NCBI GenBank assembly: GCA_963792585.1
Contig: CAWBWI010000001.1
Coordinates: forward strand, 928,001-992,000
Source of the DNA: Candidatus Eiseniibacteriota bacterium
Lineage (GTDB): Bacteria > Eisenbacteria > RBG-16-71-46 > CAIMUX01 > VGJL01
DNA: 64,000 bases
Reading direction: 5' to 3'
The notes below the pieces were generated by a model. That model saw nothing but the letters and a program-made list of their open reading frames with translations, was not told the DNA's origin and ran no database searches. A program made the position numbers and the translations under genes. The first letter of the stretch is position 1, and every line of letters starts with the position of its first letter. Positions 1-9,489 of the stretch are shown one piece after another.

Positions 1-92
1 ACAAAGGGCGCATGCAATGCCGCGTCTCGTTCACGCTCCCGCGGGGGGCCTACGGCACGATGGTCGTCAAACGTCTTGCGATCCGCGCCTAG
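1..92 (+). CDS. truD: 3' end of probable tRNA pseudouridine(13) synthase (partial)
   Basis: Frame from position 3 reads KGRMQCRVSFTLPRGAYGTMVVKRLAIRA* (TAG 90-92). This resembles the TruD C-terminal F-x-LP-x-G-x-Y-x-T motif. Only about 29 codons are visible. Confidence 0.55.
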   Translation, partial: KGRMQCRVSFTLPRGAYGTMVVKRLAIRA

Positions 93-107
93 GTCCCGTC
101 GCCCCGG

Positions 108-1358
108 TCACTTCGTCAGGCTCGGCGTTCGCAGAACGTATCCATGCTCGTCGCGCGCCAACTTCCCGGCCAGATCGAGGCTGCGCCCCCCCATGATCGA
201 GCCGAATCCGAAACGATCGCGCACGCGGTCGACACCCGCCTCGAGATCGGCCTGGCGGATGCCGCCGTCGCCGTCGATCAGATCCAGTTGCTGTCCCGCC
301 GCCGGACCGAAGTTCGAGATCTCGACGCCGATGTTGTGCACGGCCACCCGCCGGACGAAGAGCCCGCCGAGCAGGTCGGTCGCCCGCGCATAGATTTGCG
401 CGTCGACCGCCGTCGGCGAGGGGAAGGACGAGGAGCGGGCGCATGACTCCCCGTCGGTGTGACGGAGGTGGACGCGCACCGTCCGGCAGGCGAGTCCGAG
501 CCGGCGCATCTCGCGCCCCGCGCGGCTCGCGAGGTAGTGGAGCATCGCCTCGAGATCGCGCCGCTCGATCGTCGCCGTCGAGAAGGAGGTCTCCCGGCGG
601 ATCGAGCCGGGGATTTCCCGCGCGCTCACCACGACCGTGTCACGCCCCCATGCCCGCTCCCACAACGTGTGGCCAAGGGAACGCCCGAAGAGGCCGCGCA
701 GCGCCTGCTCGGGAAGATCACGCAGCTGGGCAACCGTCTCCACGTTCATCCGTCGCAGGAGCGGACCGACAACGTGCCCGACGCCGGGCAGGTCCCCTAC
801 CGGCCGATCGACGACGAAGCGCTCTTCGTCCCCCGGCGCGAGGACGCCGAGTCCGTCGGGCTTGACCGACTTGGTGACCATCTTCGCGATCATCCGGTTC
901 GTTCCGATTCCGATCGAGACGACGAGACCGGTCGCCTCGCGGATCTCCGCCCGCAATCGCTCCCCCGCCGCGCGGTAGGATCCGTGCGCGCGTTCCGTCC
1001 CGCTCAGATCGAGGTAGGCCTCGTCGAGGAACGTCTCCATGGCCGGCGCGTAGCGTGCCGCCACATCGAAGATCCGCTCGGCGAAACAGCGATAGATCTG
1101 CGCATGGCCGTCCAGGAAGACGGCGCGGGGGCAGATCCGTCGCGCTTCGGACAGCGTCATCCCCGCCTTGCAGCCATACGCGCGCGCCTCGTACGAGCAA
1201 GAGGCGATCACGCCGGCGCCCACGATCACGGGCACCCTGCGCAGGCGCGGATCCCGCAGTTGCTCGATCGAGGCGAAGAAGGCGTCGATGTCGAGGTGCA
1301 GGATCGCGGGGCTCGGATCCCATGAGGGAAGGGCGGCGCGCGGGGTGGCTTCGAACAT
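108..1358 (-). CDS. dinB: DNA polymerase IV (Y-family)
   Basis: HLDIDAFFASIE, SCSYEARAYG, FLDEAYLD and AKMVTKSVKPDG motifs; clamp-binding-like QQLDL; GGAGG RBS upstream. Confidence 0.95.
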   Translation of the reverse strand: MFEATPRAALPSWDPSPAILHLDIDAFFASIEQLRDPRLRRVPVIVGAGVIASCSYEARAYGCKAGMTLSEARRICPRAVFLDGHAQIYRCFAERIFDVAARYAPAMETFLDEAYLDLSGTERAHGSYRAAGERLRAEIREATGLVVSIGIGTNRMIAKMVTKSVKPDGLGVLAPGDEERFVVDRPVGDLPGVGHVVGPLLRRMNVETVAQLRDLPEQALRGLFGRSLGHTLWERAWGRDTVVVSAREIPGSIRRETSFSTATIERRDLEAMLHYLASRAGREMRRLGLACRTVRVHLRHTDGESCARSSSFPSPTAVDAQIYARATDLLGGLFVRRVAVHNIGVEISNFGPAAGQQLDLIDGDGGIRQADLEAGVDRVRDRFGFGSIMGGRSLDLAGKLARDEHGYVLRTPSLTK

Positions 1359-1387
1359 GGCGGACCTCCTCTGGTTGCCTGCCGCCG

Positions 1388-1416
1388 AAGCTACCGAACA
1401 TACGTTCGCATGTCAA
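1388..1416 (-). promoter_or_regulatory. sigma70 promoter of dinB with LexA (SOS) box CGAACATACGTTCG (1395-1408) in the spacer
   Basis: Minus strand reads TTGACA-17 nt-TAGCTT. The spacer holds a GAAC-N4-GTTC palindrome, and the same layout occurs upstream of lexA. Confidence 0.85.
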
Positions 1417-1426
1417 CGGAATTCGA

Positions 1427-2509
1427 TCAGGAGACCACCCGAACGGCCCGCGTGCCGTCGAGGGCCGCGGCGGCCGCCGCCAGGGCCGCCGAGATCGCAG
1501 ATCTATCCTCGCCCGCCAGAAGGAGATACTCCCGGTTCCGGAGATGGGAGATCCGGCCGACCTTCTCCCCCTTCGGGTTGTGGATCCCGATCTGGGCCCC
1601 GACGTAGCGCTTGAAGTCGACCTCGAGGATCCCGACCGCGCCGAACCGGGAGAGCAACCCCGGCGCCTCGGTAGGATCGAGGTACCCCTCGCTGCTGCAG
1701 GAGAGCAGGAGATAGCGCGCCCGCAGTCCGGCGAGCAGTTCTTCGAGCGCAGGGCGAAATCCGCGGCGGGAGTTGAAGGCGCTCCGGTTCTCCCGGCAGT
1801 CGATCCTCTTGCAGGCGATGCCGTAGACCTCGGGACGGTCGTTGCGAACGAGCGTCTCCCATACGTGGTAGTTCCCGAAGTAGGAGTGCTGATTGTAGGG
1901 AGGGTCGACGTAGGCCAGATCGACCCCGCCGAGCCGTCGCGCCAGCGAACCCGCATCCTCCCGCGTCGCTTCCCCCCGGCCGGGAAGGAGGCGGGGCGCG
2001 CGGAGCGCGAGATCATCATGCGCTCGGGGCGCCCAATCCTTGAGATAGGCCATTTGCAGGCCGGTCGTCGAATCGACGCGATCCGCGGCCTCCAGGAGGG
2101 ACGTGAGCGCGATCGCGCGCAGCCCGGGGCTCAGGGGAATCCGGTCGATCTCGTCGCGGATGGCGTCCACGCGGGCGCCGTTCTTGGGATGCAGGAATCG
2201 CGAGCGGACGCAGAAGGTCTCCGTGAAATAGCCGGGCGACGGAGGCAGCCCGCCGAGATGTTCGAGGAGGCGATCGACCTCCTCTCCCGCGATCTCCCGG
2301 GCATCGGTCGCGATATAGCAGCGCGCGAGGACCTCGCTGTAGCTCGCCGTGTCGTTGGCGTGCACCTCGAGGCCGGCCTGCTTCATACCCTGCGCGACGC
2401 GGGTCGTCCCGGCGAAGAGATCGAGGCCGCTCCGCGTGTCCGGAAGGGACCGCGCGACCGCGGCGATCGCGGGCACGAGGAGGCGTTTTGATCCGATGTA
2501 CTTGATCAC
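1427..2509 (-). CDS. DNA adenine methyltransferase (D12 class, N6-adenine), orphan
   Basis: GTG at 2509 overlaps the upstream stop (GTGA). Motifs IKYIGSKRLL, DLFAGT (SAM binding) and YVDPPY (catalytic). Confidence 0.9.
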   Translation of the reverse strand: MIKYIGSKRLLVPAIAAVARSLPDTRSGLDLFAGTTRVAQGMKQAGLEVHANDTASYSEVLARCYIATDAREIAGEEVDRLLEHLGGLPPSPGYFTETFCVRSRFLHPKNGARVDAIRDEIDRIPLSPGLRAIALTSLLEAADRVDSTTGLQMAYLKDWAPRAHDDLALRAPRLLPGRGEATREDAGSLARRLGGVDLAYVDPPYNQHSYFGNYHVWETLVRNDRPEVYGIACKRIDCRENRSAFNSRRGFRPALEELLAGLRARYLLLSCSSEGYLDPTEAPGLLSRFGAVGILEVDFKRYVGAQIGIHNPKGEKVGRISHLRNREYLLLAGEDRSAISAALAAAAAALDGTRAVRVVS

Positions 2510-2844
2510 GGCAGGAGGGCCTCGATGCGGGCCCTGCAGGCGTCGGCCGCGAGGCCGTCGACCTGAACCACCTTGTCCTGTGACGTCTCGCCCGACGCGA
2601 TCGTCACCGCGCTGCCCAAGATCCCCAAACTCCGGGCCAGCAGCCGGCAAACGGCCTCGTTCGCCTTGCCGCGTTCCGGGGCCTCCTTCACGGAGAGCTT
2701 CAACGCATCCCCGTAGACGCCCAGAATCGCGTCGGTTCGAGCCTTCGGCTTCACGCGCACGCGCAAGAGAACTCCCGCCCCGGATGCGCGGATCGCCAGA
2801 GCCGCGGCGCGTGCCCCGAAGGCGCGCTTGGGGTCCTCAGCCAA
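2506..2844 (-). CDS. DUF167/YggU family protein
   Basis: VRVKPKA...LKLSVKEAPERGKANEAVCRLLA...IASGETSQDK signature. Confidence 0.9.
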   Translation of the reverse strand: MAEDPKRAFGARAAALAIRASGAGVLLRVRVKPKARTDAILGVYGDALKLSVKEAPERGKANEAVCRLLARSLGILGSAVTIASGETSQDKVVQVDGLAADACRARIEALLP

Positions 2845-2874
2845 GATCGTTCTCCCGTAGGCGGGGAGACGCGC

Positions 2875-3861
2875 TCATCCGGATGCGGGCAGGCGGCGCA
2901 ATGCCATCAAGGTGAGATCGTCCCCGTGAGACCTGCCCCCCAGGAACCTCCGGTGGTCGGCGATGCAGGCGGCGACCAGGCCCGTCGCGTCCCGTTCGAC
3001 GCTCCCGCGCGCCGCGGCCACGAGTCGATCGATCCCGTACTCCCTTCCGGACGCATCCTCGGCCTCGCACAGCCCGTCCGTGTAGAGAAGCAGGACATCC
3101 CCCGGTCTCGCCTCGAATCTGCCGATCGCAAATGTCTCGTCGCAGAAAAGACCCAGGGGAAGCCCTGTCGCCTCGATCGGCACGACCGCCTCCTCCCGCA
3201 AAAGCAGCGGCGGATGGTGGCCCGCATTGCAGATCTCGATCCCCCCGCGTCGGTCCAACCGGCCGTAGACGATGGTTGCGAAGTGCGTCGGCAGGGTGCT
3301 CTCGCAAAACGTCCGGCTCGCGCGGGCGACCAGTTCCGCGAGCGGAATCCCCATCGCGACCAGCGCGCGGAAGGTCGCGTGCAGGTGGGCCGAGAGCATG
3401 GATGCCGCGACGCCTTTGCCCATGACGTCCCCCACCACGAAGGAGACTCCATCCTCGAACGCCAGGACGTCGCAGTAGTCGCCGCTCACCGGACCCGCTC
3501 CCTCGTAGTGGTAGGCGACCTCCCAGCCGTGCGTCCGGAGCTTGCGGGGCGGAAGCAGGGCGGTCTGGATGCTCGACGCCAGATTCAGGTCATCCTCGAG
3601 TGCGCGCTGTTGGGCCCTGCTGAGGTGATCGAGGCAGTATTCGAGGAGCGGGTTCGCGATGAGCCGATCGGTCTCGATCGGCTCCTTGCAGGTCCGGCAG
3701 AGTCCGTAGCTGCCCTCTTCGAGGCGACGCAGGGCGTCATCGACTTCTTCCAGCAGGTGATCGAGCCGCGGCTCCGGCGTCGATGCCGCCTGCGCCGCTT
3801 GCAGTCTCTGCCTTCGATCGACGAGCTGTTGTCGAATCTGTGCATGAACCACTTCCGCCAT
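2875..3861 (-). CDS. SpoIIE/RsbU-type PP2C phosphatase with N-terminal DksA/TraR-like zinc finger
   Basis: ATG 3861 follows GGGAGGAG. N-terminus ALRRLEEGSYGLCRTCKEPIETDRL...CLDH; PP2C motifs VSGDY, GDVMGKG, YTDGL, GDDLT. Confidence 0.88.
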   Translation of the reverse strand: MAEVVHAQIRQQLVDRRQRLQAAQAASTPEPRLDHLLEEVDDALRRLEEGSYGLCRTCKEPIETDRLIANPLLEYCLDHLSRAQQRALEDDLNLASSIQTALLPPRKLRTHGWEVAYHYEGAGPVSGDYCDVLAFEDGVSFVVGDVMGKGVAASMLSAHLHATFRALVAMGIPLAELVARASRTFCESTLPTHFATIVYGRLDRRGGIEICNAGHHPPLLLREEAVVPIEATGLPLGLFCDETFAIGRFEARPGDVLLLYTDGLCEAEDASGREYGIDRLVAAARGSVERDATGLVAACIADHRRFLGGRSHGDDLTLMALRRLPASG

Positions 3862-4090
3862 CGCACTCCTCCCGGAAGGCCGCGCGCCCGGGCGGCCCTC
3901 CTCGCAACCCGGAAGTGTACCGGAACCTTGCGCGCGGCGCGCCGTCGGCTCCGTCCGCCGGAAGGGCGTGTCGATCCATCGGCTCCGAAGATCGGCCGGC
4001 AGCGATGGTTCGCACACGGGCGCCATTCCCGGTTGCGCCCTTTCCGGTCGGGCTTGGCAGACCGCCCTTTTGGTGGCAGGATCCCCTCCG

Positions 4091-4993
4091 ATGCCCAACC
4101 CGACCTTCGACCGTATCCCCGGTCCCTTCCGGCCCCCACGGATCGACACCGTCGTCGACTACATCCAGATCGTGTTCGGCTCCGCGATCGTCGGCCTCGG
4201 CACGAACCTCTTCTTCGTCCCGAACAACATCGTCTCGGGCGGGGTCACCGGCGTGGCCATCATCGCCCACTCGGTCCTCCATACGCCGGTCGGCGCCGGG
4301 GTGCTCGTGCTGAACCTCCCGCTCCTCTGGCTCGGCTGGCGCTACGCCGGCGGCGCGCGCTTCCTTCTTCGAACCGCAGTCGCGGTCGTCGTGCTCTCCC
4401 TCACGATCGATCTGACCGCCCCATTCCTCACCTGCCCGACGGGCGATCGCCTCCTCGTGATCGGCTATGGCGGCATGATGGATGGAGTGGGCGTGGGTCT
4501 CGTATTCCGCGGCCACGGGACGACCGGCGGGACGGACATCCTGGCGCGCCTCGCGCGCAAGACGCTCGGCCTCCCGATCGGTCAGTCCCTGCTGATCATG
4601 AACGTCATCATCTTCGCCGCCGCGGCGGGCCGGTTCGGGATGGAGGCGGTGATGGTCGCTCTCGCGATGGCGTTCGTATCCGCACGCGCGGTCGATCTCG
4701 TCCAGGAAGGATTCACGGCGGCGCGCACCGCGCTCATCGTCAGCGACCGTCCCGACGAAGTGCGCGATGCGATCTTCGACCGCGTCGGCCGCGGGGTCAC
4801 CTACCTCGAGGGGCACGGCGGCTTCAGCGGCAGGAGAAGGCCGGTCCTGCTCGTCGTCGTCGCCGCCAATGAAGTGGTCCGCCTGAAACGACTCCTCGCC
4901 GAGGTCGACCGCGACGCCTTCGTCACCATCTCCCCGGCCAAGGAGGTCTTGGGGGAGGGATTCGCCCCCATGCGACACGACGAAGACGGCTAG
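4091..4993 (+). CDS. YitT family membrane protein (C-terminal DUF2179)
   Basis: PNNIVSGGVTG, NLPLL, GTTGGTDILA, GRGVT, DRDAFVTI...EVLGEGF; several hydrophobic helices. Confidence 0.9.
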   Translation: MPNPTFDRIPGPFRPPRIDTVVDYIQIVFGSAIVGLGTNLFFVPNNIVSGGVTGVAIIAHSVLHTPVGAGVLVLNLPLLWLGWRYAGGARFLLRTAVAVVVLSLTIDLTAPFLTCPTGDRLLVIGYGGMMDGVGVGLVFRGHGTTGGTDILARLARKTLGLPIGQSLLIMNVIIFAAAAGRFGMEAVMVALAMAFVSARAVDLVQEGFTAARTALIVSDRPDEVRDAIFDRVGRGVTYLEGHGGFSGRRRPVLLVVVAANEVVRLKRLLAEVDRDAFVTISPAKEVLGEGFAPMRHDEDG

Positions 4994-5194
4994 TCGACTC
5001 CGGCTCCCCGGGCGCAGGCGCCGCCCCGTCTTGCAGATCGCACGTCTATCCTCCGCCATCCGCCTTCCTGCACGCATGCCGCGCCGGTCCCACACACCCC
5101 GGCGGCGCGGCCCGCGGGATTCTTCATGAGCGCCTGAACCCGCTGCGCGGGCGCCGGGGAGTTGCCGATAACAGGGCCAGAGGAGGGCCTCGCC

Positions 5195-6004
5195 ATGCCC
5201 AGAGTCCTGTCGATCGCCGTCTTGCTCACCCTCGGTCCGGTCCCCGCATCGCTCGCCGTCGGCGGCAGCGCCCCGCCGCCCTTGCTCGCGGATGTCCGCG
5301 CGGATCTGGCGGCGGGTCTTCAGGACATGAACCGCGCGGCGGAAGCTGCGGCCCGCGCCGTTGAACTGGCCACCGGAGGGGAAGCGGAGGTCCGGCAGAT
5401 TCTCGAGTTGGTCGCCACGCACGATCCATCCGTCGTCGACTGCGGCTGGATCGACCCGGAAGGCGTTCTTCGTTGGATCGAGCCGGCTCCGTGGCGCGAC
5501 CGCGAAGGGGTCGATCTGAGCGGCGAGACGATCGTCCGCGAAGTTCAGCGCTCTCGCCGACCCGTGCTCGGCGGAGTCACGCGCAGCGCGGAGGAGATCG
5601 ATGCAACCGAGCTCGCGTATCCCGTCCTCACCCCGGCCGGTCAGCTCGCGGGGACGGTCCGGTTGCTCTTCCGCCCGGGCACGCTCCTCGATCGGATCGT
5701 CGCGAATCGCGTCGATGGGACGGAATGGGAGATCTGGATCCTGGAGACCGACGGGCGAATCCTCTACGCGAGCGACGCGGCTTCCATCGGCCGCTCCCTC
5801 GTGACTGACGACAGCTTTCAATCATCCCCGGAGCTTCGGGAACTCGGTCGACGGATGCAGACCGAACCGGAAGGGTCGGCGGGCACTGCCGTCCCGGTCG
5901 CGGACCGATTGGAGCCTCGCCCGCGCGAGGGGTGGTGGACTTCGGTGACCCTCAACGGCGCCGCGTGGAGGATCCTGCTCACGCGTACCTCCGGCGGGTC
6001 CTAG
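5195..6004 (+). CDS. Secreted stand-alone Cache (dCache-like) domain protein
   Basis: AGGAGG RBS; signal-peptide-like N-terminus; WIDPEGVLRW, LAYPV...GQLAGTV and IWILETDGRILY are PAS/Cache-like; no TM helix or output domain follows. Confidence 0.6.
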   Translation: MPRVLSIAVLLTLGPVPASLAVGGSAPPPLLADVRADLAAGLQDMNRAAEAAARAVELATGGEAEVRQILELVATHDPSVVDCGWIDPEGVLRWIEPAPWRDREGVDLSGETIVREVQRSRRPVLGGVTRSAEEIDATELAYPVLTPAGQLAGTVRLLFRPGTLLDRIVANRVDGTEWEIWILETDGRILYASDAASIGRSLVTDDSFQSSPELRELGRRMQTEPEGSAGTAVPVADRLEPRPREGWWTSVTLNGAAWRILLTRTSGGS

Positions 6005-6029
6005 GAGGGGGGATCCGTTCGGTCCGCCG

Positions 6030-6284
6030 TCATCCCTCGAACATCACGTATTCGAGACGCCAGAGCATGTCGGTCGAATCGAAGCAGAGTTGATAGACGT
6101 CGCCCGTGTCCGCGGTGACCGAAAAATAGCATAGCCGCCGGGCACCGCGGCTGTCCTGCCAGCGCGTGTTGACCGCGCTCACCTTGCGGACTTGGGTTCC
6201 CCGCCGGAACGCCAAGGGGGTGATCGTTCCCCCTTGGAAGTCGGCGCGGACCTTCACGGCCTCGTCGATCGGCTCCCAGCGCAT
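6030..6284 (-). CDS. Small conserved protein downstream of lexA (DUF6504-like)
   Basis: 84 aa MRWEPIDEAVKVRADFQGG...PLAFRRG...W...YFSV...YQLCFD...WRLE, starting about 40 nt after the lexA stop. Family assignment is from recall of the motif pattern. Confidence 0.6.
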   Translation of the reverse strand: MRWEPIDEAVKVRADFQGGTITPLAFRRGTQVRKVSAVNTRWQDSRGARRLCYFSVTADTGDVYQLCFDSTDMLWRLEYVMFEG

Positions 6285-6321
6285 GGCATGCCTCGCGGGG
6301 CTTGTGGTTCGGTCGCGCCGA

Positions 6322-6925
6322 TCAGTATCGGCGTAGCATCGCGACGACCCGGCCTGCGATCCGCAGATACGGGTCTTTGTGGGCGAAGCGCATCGGCTTG
6401 TATGCGGGATTGGCAGGACGCAACTCGATCCCGTCGCGGTGGCGGAGAAGCGTTTGACCGTGGCTTCCTGCTCTTCGCCGACGTAAGCGACGACGAGTTC
6501 TCCGCAGGCGACCTCATCGCGGATCTCGACGATCGCGAGGTCCCCTTCGTGGATCCCTTCCTCGATCATGCTGTCGCCCACGACACGGACGGCGAAGCAG
6601 CGTTCGCCGCCGAGCTTGTCCCAGCGGATATGGTCCTCGATGTTCTCGACCGCCGTGATCGGGCTGCCCGCCGCGACCCGGCCGACGACCGGGACGCCGT
6701 GATCGAATCGAAGCGAGTCGGCCGGCGAGTAGTGACGACCTCGCCGCTTCAGGACCCCCTTCGCCGCCAGCGCCTCGAGGTGCTGGCTCACCGTCGCCGG
6801 GGAGCTCAGCCCGAAGTGGGCCCCGATCTCGCGGTAGGAAGGGAATCGCCCATCCTGCGCGATCGATGAAGTTCAGGATGTAGTCGAGGATTTCCCGTGC
6901 TGCCGGTCGGTCCAATGCGTCGCAC
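6322..6925 (-). CDS. lexA: SOS repressor LexA (frameshifted in this sequence)
   Basis: REILDYI, PSYREIGAHFGLSSPATVSQHL (wHTH), GRVAAGSP (Ala-Gly cleavage site), VGDSM (Ser), ATVKRF (Lys). Frame breaks near 6910, 6860 and 6430. Confidence 0.92.
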
Positions 6926-7026
6926 GCGCGCCTCCTCTCGGAAGGGCACCGGGCGGAACGCCGTTGCGTCGGGGGGACAGCAGTGGGCCGGCATCCCCGC
7001 CCGGTTCCGGTTCAGGATCCGAGAGA

Positions 7027-7056
7027 AGCCTACCGAACGCGCGTTCGCTTCGTCAA
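7027..7056 (-). promoter_or_regulatory. sigma70 promoter of lexA with LexA box CGAACGCGCGTTCG (7034-7047)
   Basis: Minus strand reads TTGACG-18 nt-TAGGCT with a perfect palindrome in the spacer; matches the dinB site. Confidence 0.85.
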
Positions 7057-7065
7057 GCGCTTTTT

Positions 7066-7948
7066 TCAGGAGGCGATCGATTTCGTCCGCGATGGCGCGC
7101 TCCGCGTGGTAGGAGGAACGTACGAGCGGACCGCTCTCGACGTGCCGGAAACCGATCGCACGGGCCGCGACCCTGTAGCGCTCGAACTCATCGGGTGGGA
7201 CCCAGCGCGCGACCGGGAGGTGCGCAGCCGGTCGGCTGCAGGTACTGCCCGAGCGTCGACGATGTCGCACCCAACCCCGCGCAGGTCTCTCAGCACCGAG
7301 GACCTCGTCCTCGGTCTCGCCGAGACCGACCATGAGGCTCGCACTTCGTGATGAGGCCCCGGCTCTTCGCGCGCGAGAGGACCCAGAGGGAACGCGCGTA
7401 CTTCGCCTGCGGACGGACCTTCCGGTAGAGGCGGGGGACCGTCTCGACGTTGTGGTTCAGAATGTCGGGCTGCTCGTCGAGGACGACGTCGAGCGCCTCG
7501 CGGTTCCCCATGAAGTCGGGAATCAGCACCTCGACCGAGACCCCGGGACTGCGGCGCCGGATCGCGCGAATCGTGGCCGCGAAGATCGAGGCGCCCCCGT
7601 CCGCCAGCTCGTCCCGGTTGACCGAGGTGATCACGGCGTGGCGGATCGGCATCGAGGCGACCGCCTCCGCCACCCGCTCCGGCTCGTCGCGGTCCAGTTC
7701 CGTCGGGCGGCCGGTCTTGACGGCGCAGAAGCCGCACCCCCGCGTGCAGACGTCGCCGAGGATCATGAAGGTCGCCGTGCCGGCCCCCCAGCACTCGCCG
7801 ATGTTCGGACATCGCGCGCTCTCGCAGACCGTGTGGAGGCGGTTGCCGCTCACGATCGCCGCGCGTGTCGGCGAAGGTCCCGTGCTGCGGCAGGCGGACC
7901 TTCAACCACTCGGGCCGGCGGCGCGTGTCGGGTACCGATCGCGCTCAT
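7066..7948 (-). CDS. lipA: Lipoyl synthase (frameshifted; 3' end approximate)
   Basis: [53 protein letters not shown] spread over several frames. Confidence 0.93.
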
Positions 7949-7957
7949 CGCGCTTCC

Positions 7958-9417
7958 TCAGGGAAGGTCCATCGTCTCGAGGTGGTGCGCGACGCGCTCG
8001 ACGAACGCGCCCCCCATCGCCCCGTCGACGAGCCGGTGGTCGTAGGAGAGACAGAGGTACATCATGTCGCGGATCGCGATCGCATCGTCACGCACGACCG
8101 GCCGCTTCTGGATCGCGCCGATCCCGAGGATGGCGACCTGCGGCTGGGCGATGATCGGGATGCCGAAGAGCGTGCCCACGGTTCCCATGTTCGTGATCGA
8201 GAACGTCCCGCCGGAGACCTCGTCGGGCTTCAGCGTTCTTGGAGCGGGCCCGCGCCGCGAGATCGTTGACCGCGCGCGCGAGCCCGAGGAAGTTCAGCGT
8301 ATCGGCTCCCTTCACGACCGGAACGATCAGGCCGTAGTCGGTCGCGACCGCCATGCCGATGTTGATGAAGCGCTTGACCAGGATGTTCGTGCCGTCGATC
8401 GACGCGTTGACGAACGGGAACTCCTTGAGGGCGCGCGACGGCGGCCTCGACGAAGAACGGCGTGTAGGTCAGCTTGAAGCCTTCTGCGCTGCTCGAACGA
8501 CTCCTTGTTCGCCTCGCGATAGCGGACGATCCGCGTCATGTCGACCTCGGTGATCGAGGCCACATGGGGCGAGGTCGCCTTCGACCGCACCATGTGCTCG
8601 GCGATCTTCTGTCGGATGTGGTCCATCGGGACGATGTCGATCGGCCCCTCGGGCGTCGAGCGCGTCTCCGTCGGCGTGCATCTGTCGTCGCCGGCGAACG
8701 GCGCCGCCCCGGATCGGCGGCGCAGGAGGCACGTTCGGCGCGGTGCACTACGCGCACGGACAGGCTCGGAAACGACCTGCGGTCCTGCCGGGCACCGCGA
8801 CGGGCCCCCCCTTCCGATTCTCGACAAAGGCGATGCGAGGTCGTCCTTCGTGAGCCGCCCTCCCAGCCCCGTGCCCGCGATCTGCCCGCAGCTCGGCAGC
8901 GGAGACCCCCTCGGCTCTGGGCGATCGAGCGGACGAGCGGGGAGTAGAATCGACCGGCCTCATCCCGCGGCCGGGATCGGACCGGCGCGGCGGCCGGCGG
9001 CGGAGTCGCCGGAGCCGACTACCGGCGCTGCGGGCTCGGGTGCCGCCGCGCGGCGGGTCGCGGGAGCGGGAGCGGCGTAGGCGCGGCCGGTTTCGCCGCC
9101 GGCGGCAGGCGCTTCCGCCGGGCTCACGGCGATTCCCCGGACACAGGCGCTCCGCGGGCGCAGCCGCGGCCGCCGCTGACATCCGTCTCGATGTGCGCAA
9201 CCACCTGCCCGACCGGAACCGTCTCCCCTTCGGCCGCCAGGATCGCGACGAGCTTCCCCGCCGCGGGCGAGGGGATCTCCGAGTCGACCTTGTCGGTCGA
9301 GATCTCGAGGATGTTCTCGTCCTTCTCGACGAGGTCGCCTTCCTTCTTCAGCCACTTGAGGACGGTCCCCTCCGCGATGCTCTCCCCCATCTGGGGCATC
9401 ACCATCTCGACCTTCAT
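7958..9417 (-). CDS. 2-oxoacid dehydrogenase E2 dihydrolipoamide acyltransferase (frameshifted)
   Basis: Lipoyl domain [12 protein letters not shown]...[46 protein letters not shown]. Confidence 0.92.
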
Positions 9418-9489
9418 GATCCATCCCTCCTGCCGATCGGTCCGCGCGACCTGCCGGCTCGCGGCCGTACTCCCGCGCGGGTGGCGCGG

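Noticed and set aside
1427..2509. Restriction-modification or defence island
   Set aside because: No endonuclease, specificity subunit, mobility gene or obvious compositional shift nearby.
6030..6791. LexA fused to the small downstream protein, as in the ORF track
   Set aside because: The natural LexA C-terminus (LRIAGRVVAMLRRY*) ends at 6322 in another frame. The fusion arises from a frameshift near 6430.
6806..7066. LipA C-terminal extension running through the lexA promoter
   Set aside because: A stop at 7066 in a neighbouring frame lies shortly after the RSSYHA motif, so the extension is probably an indel artefact.
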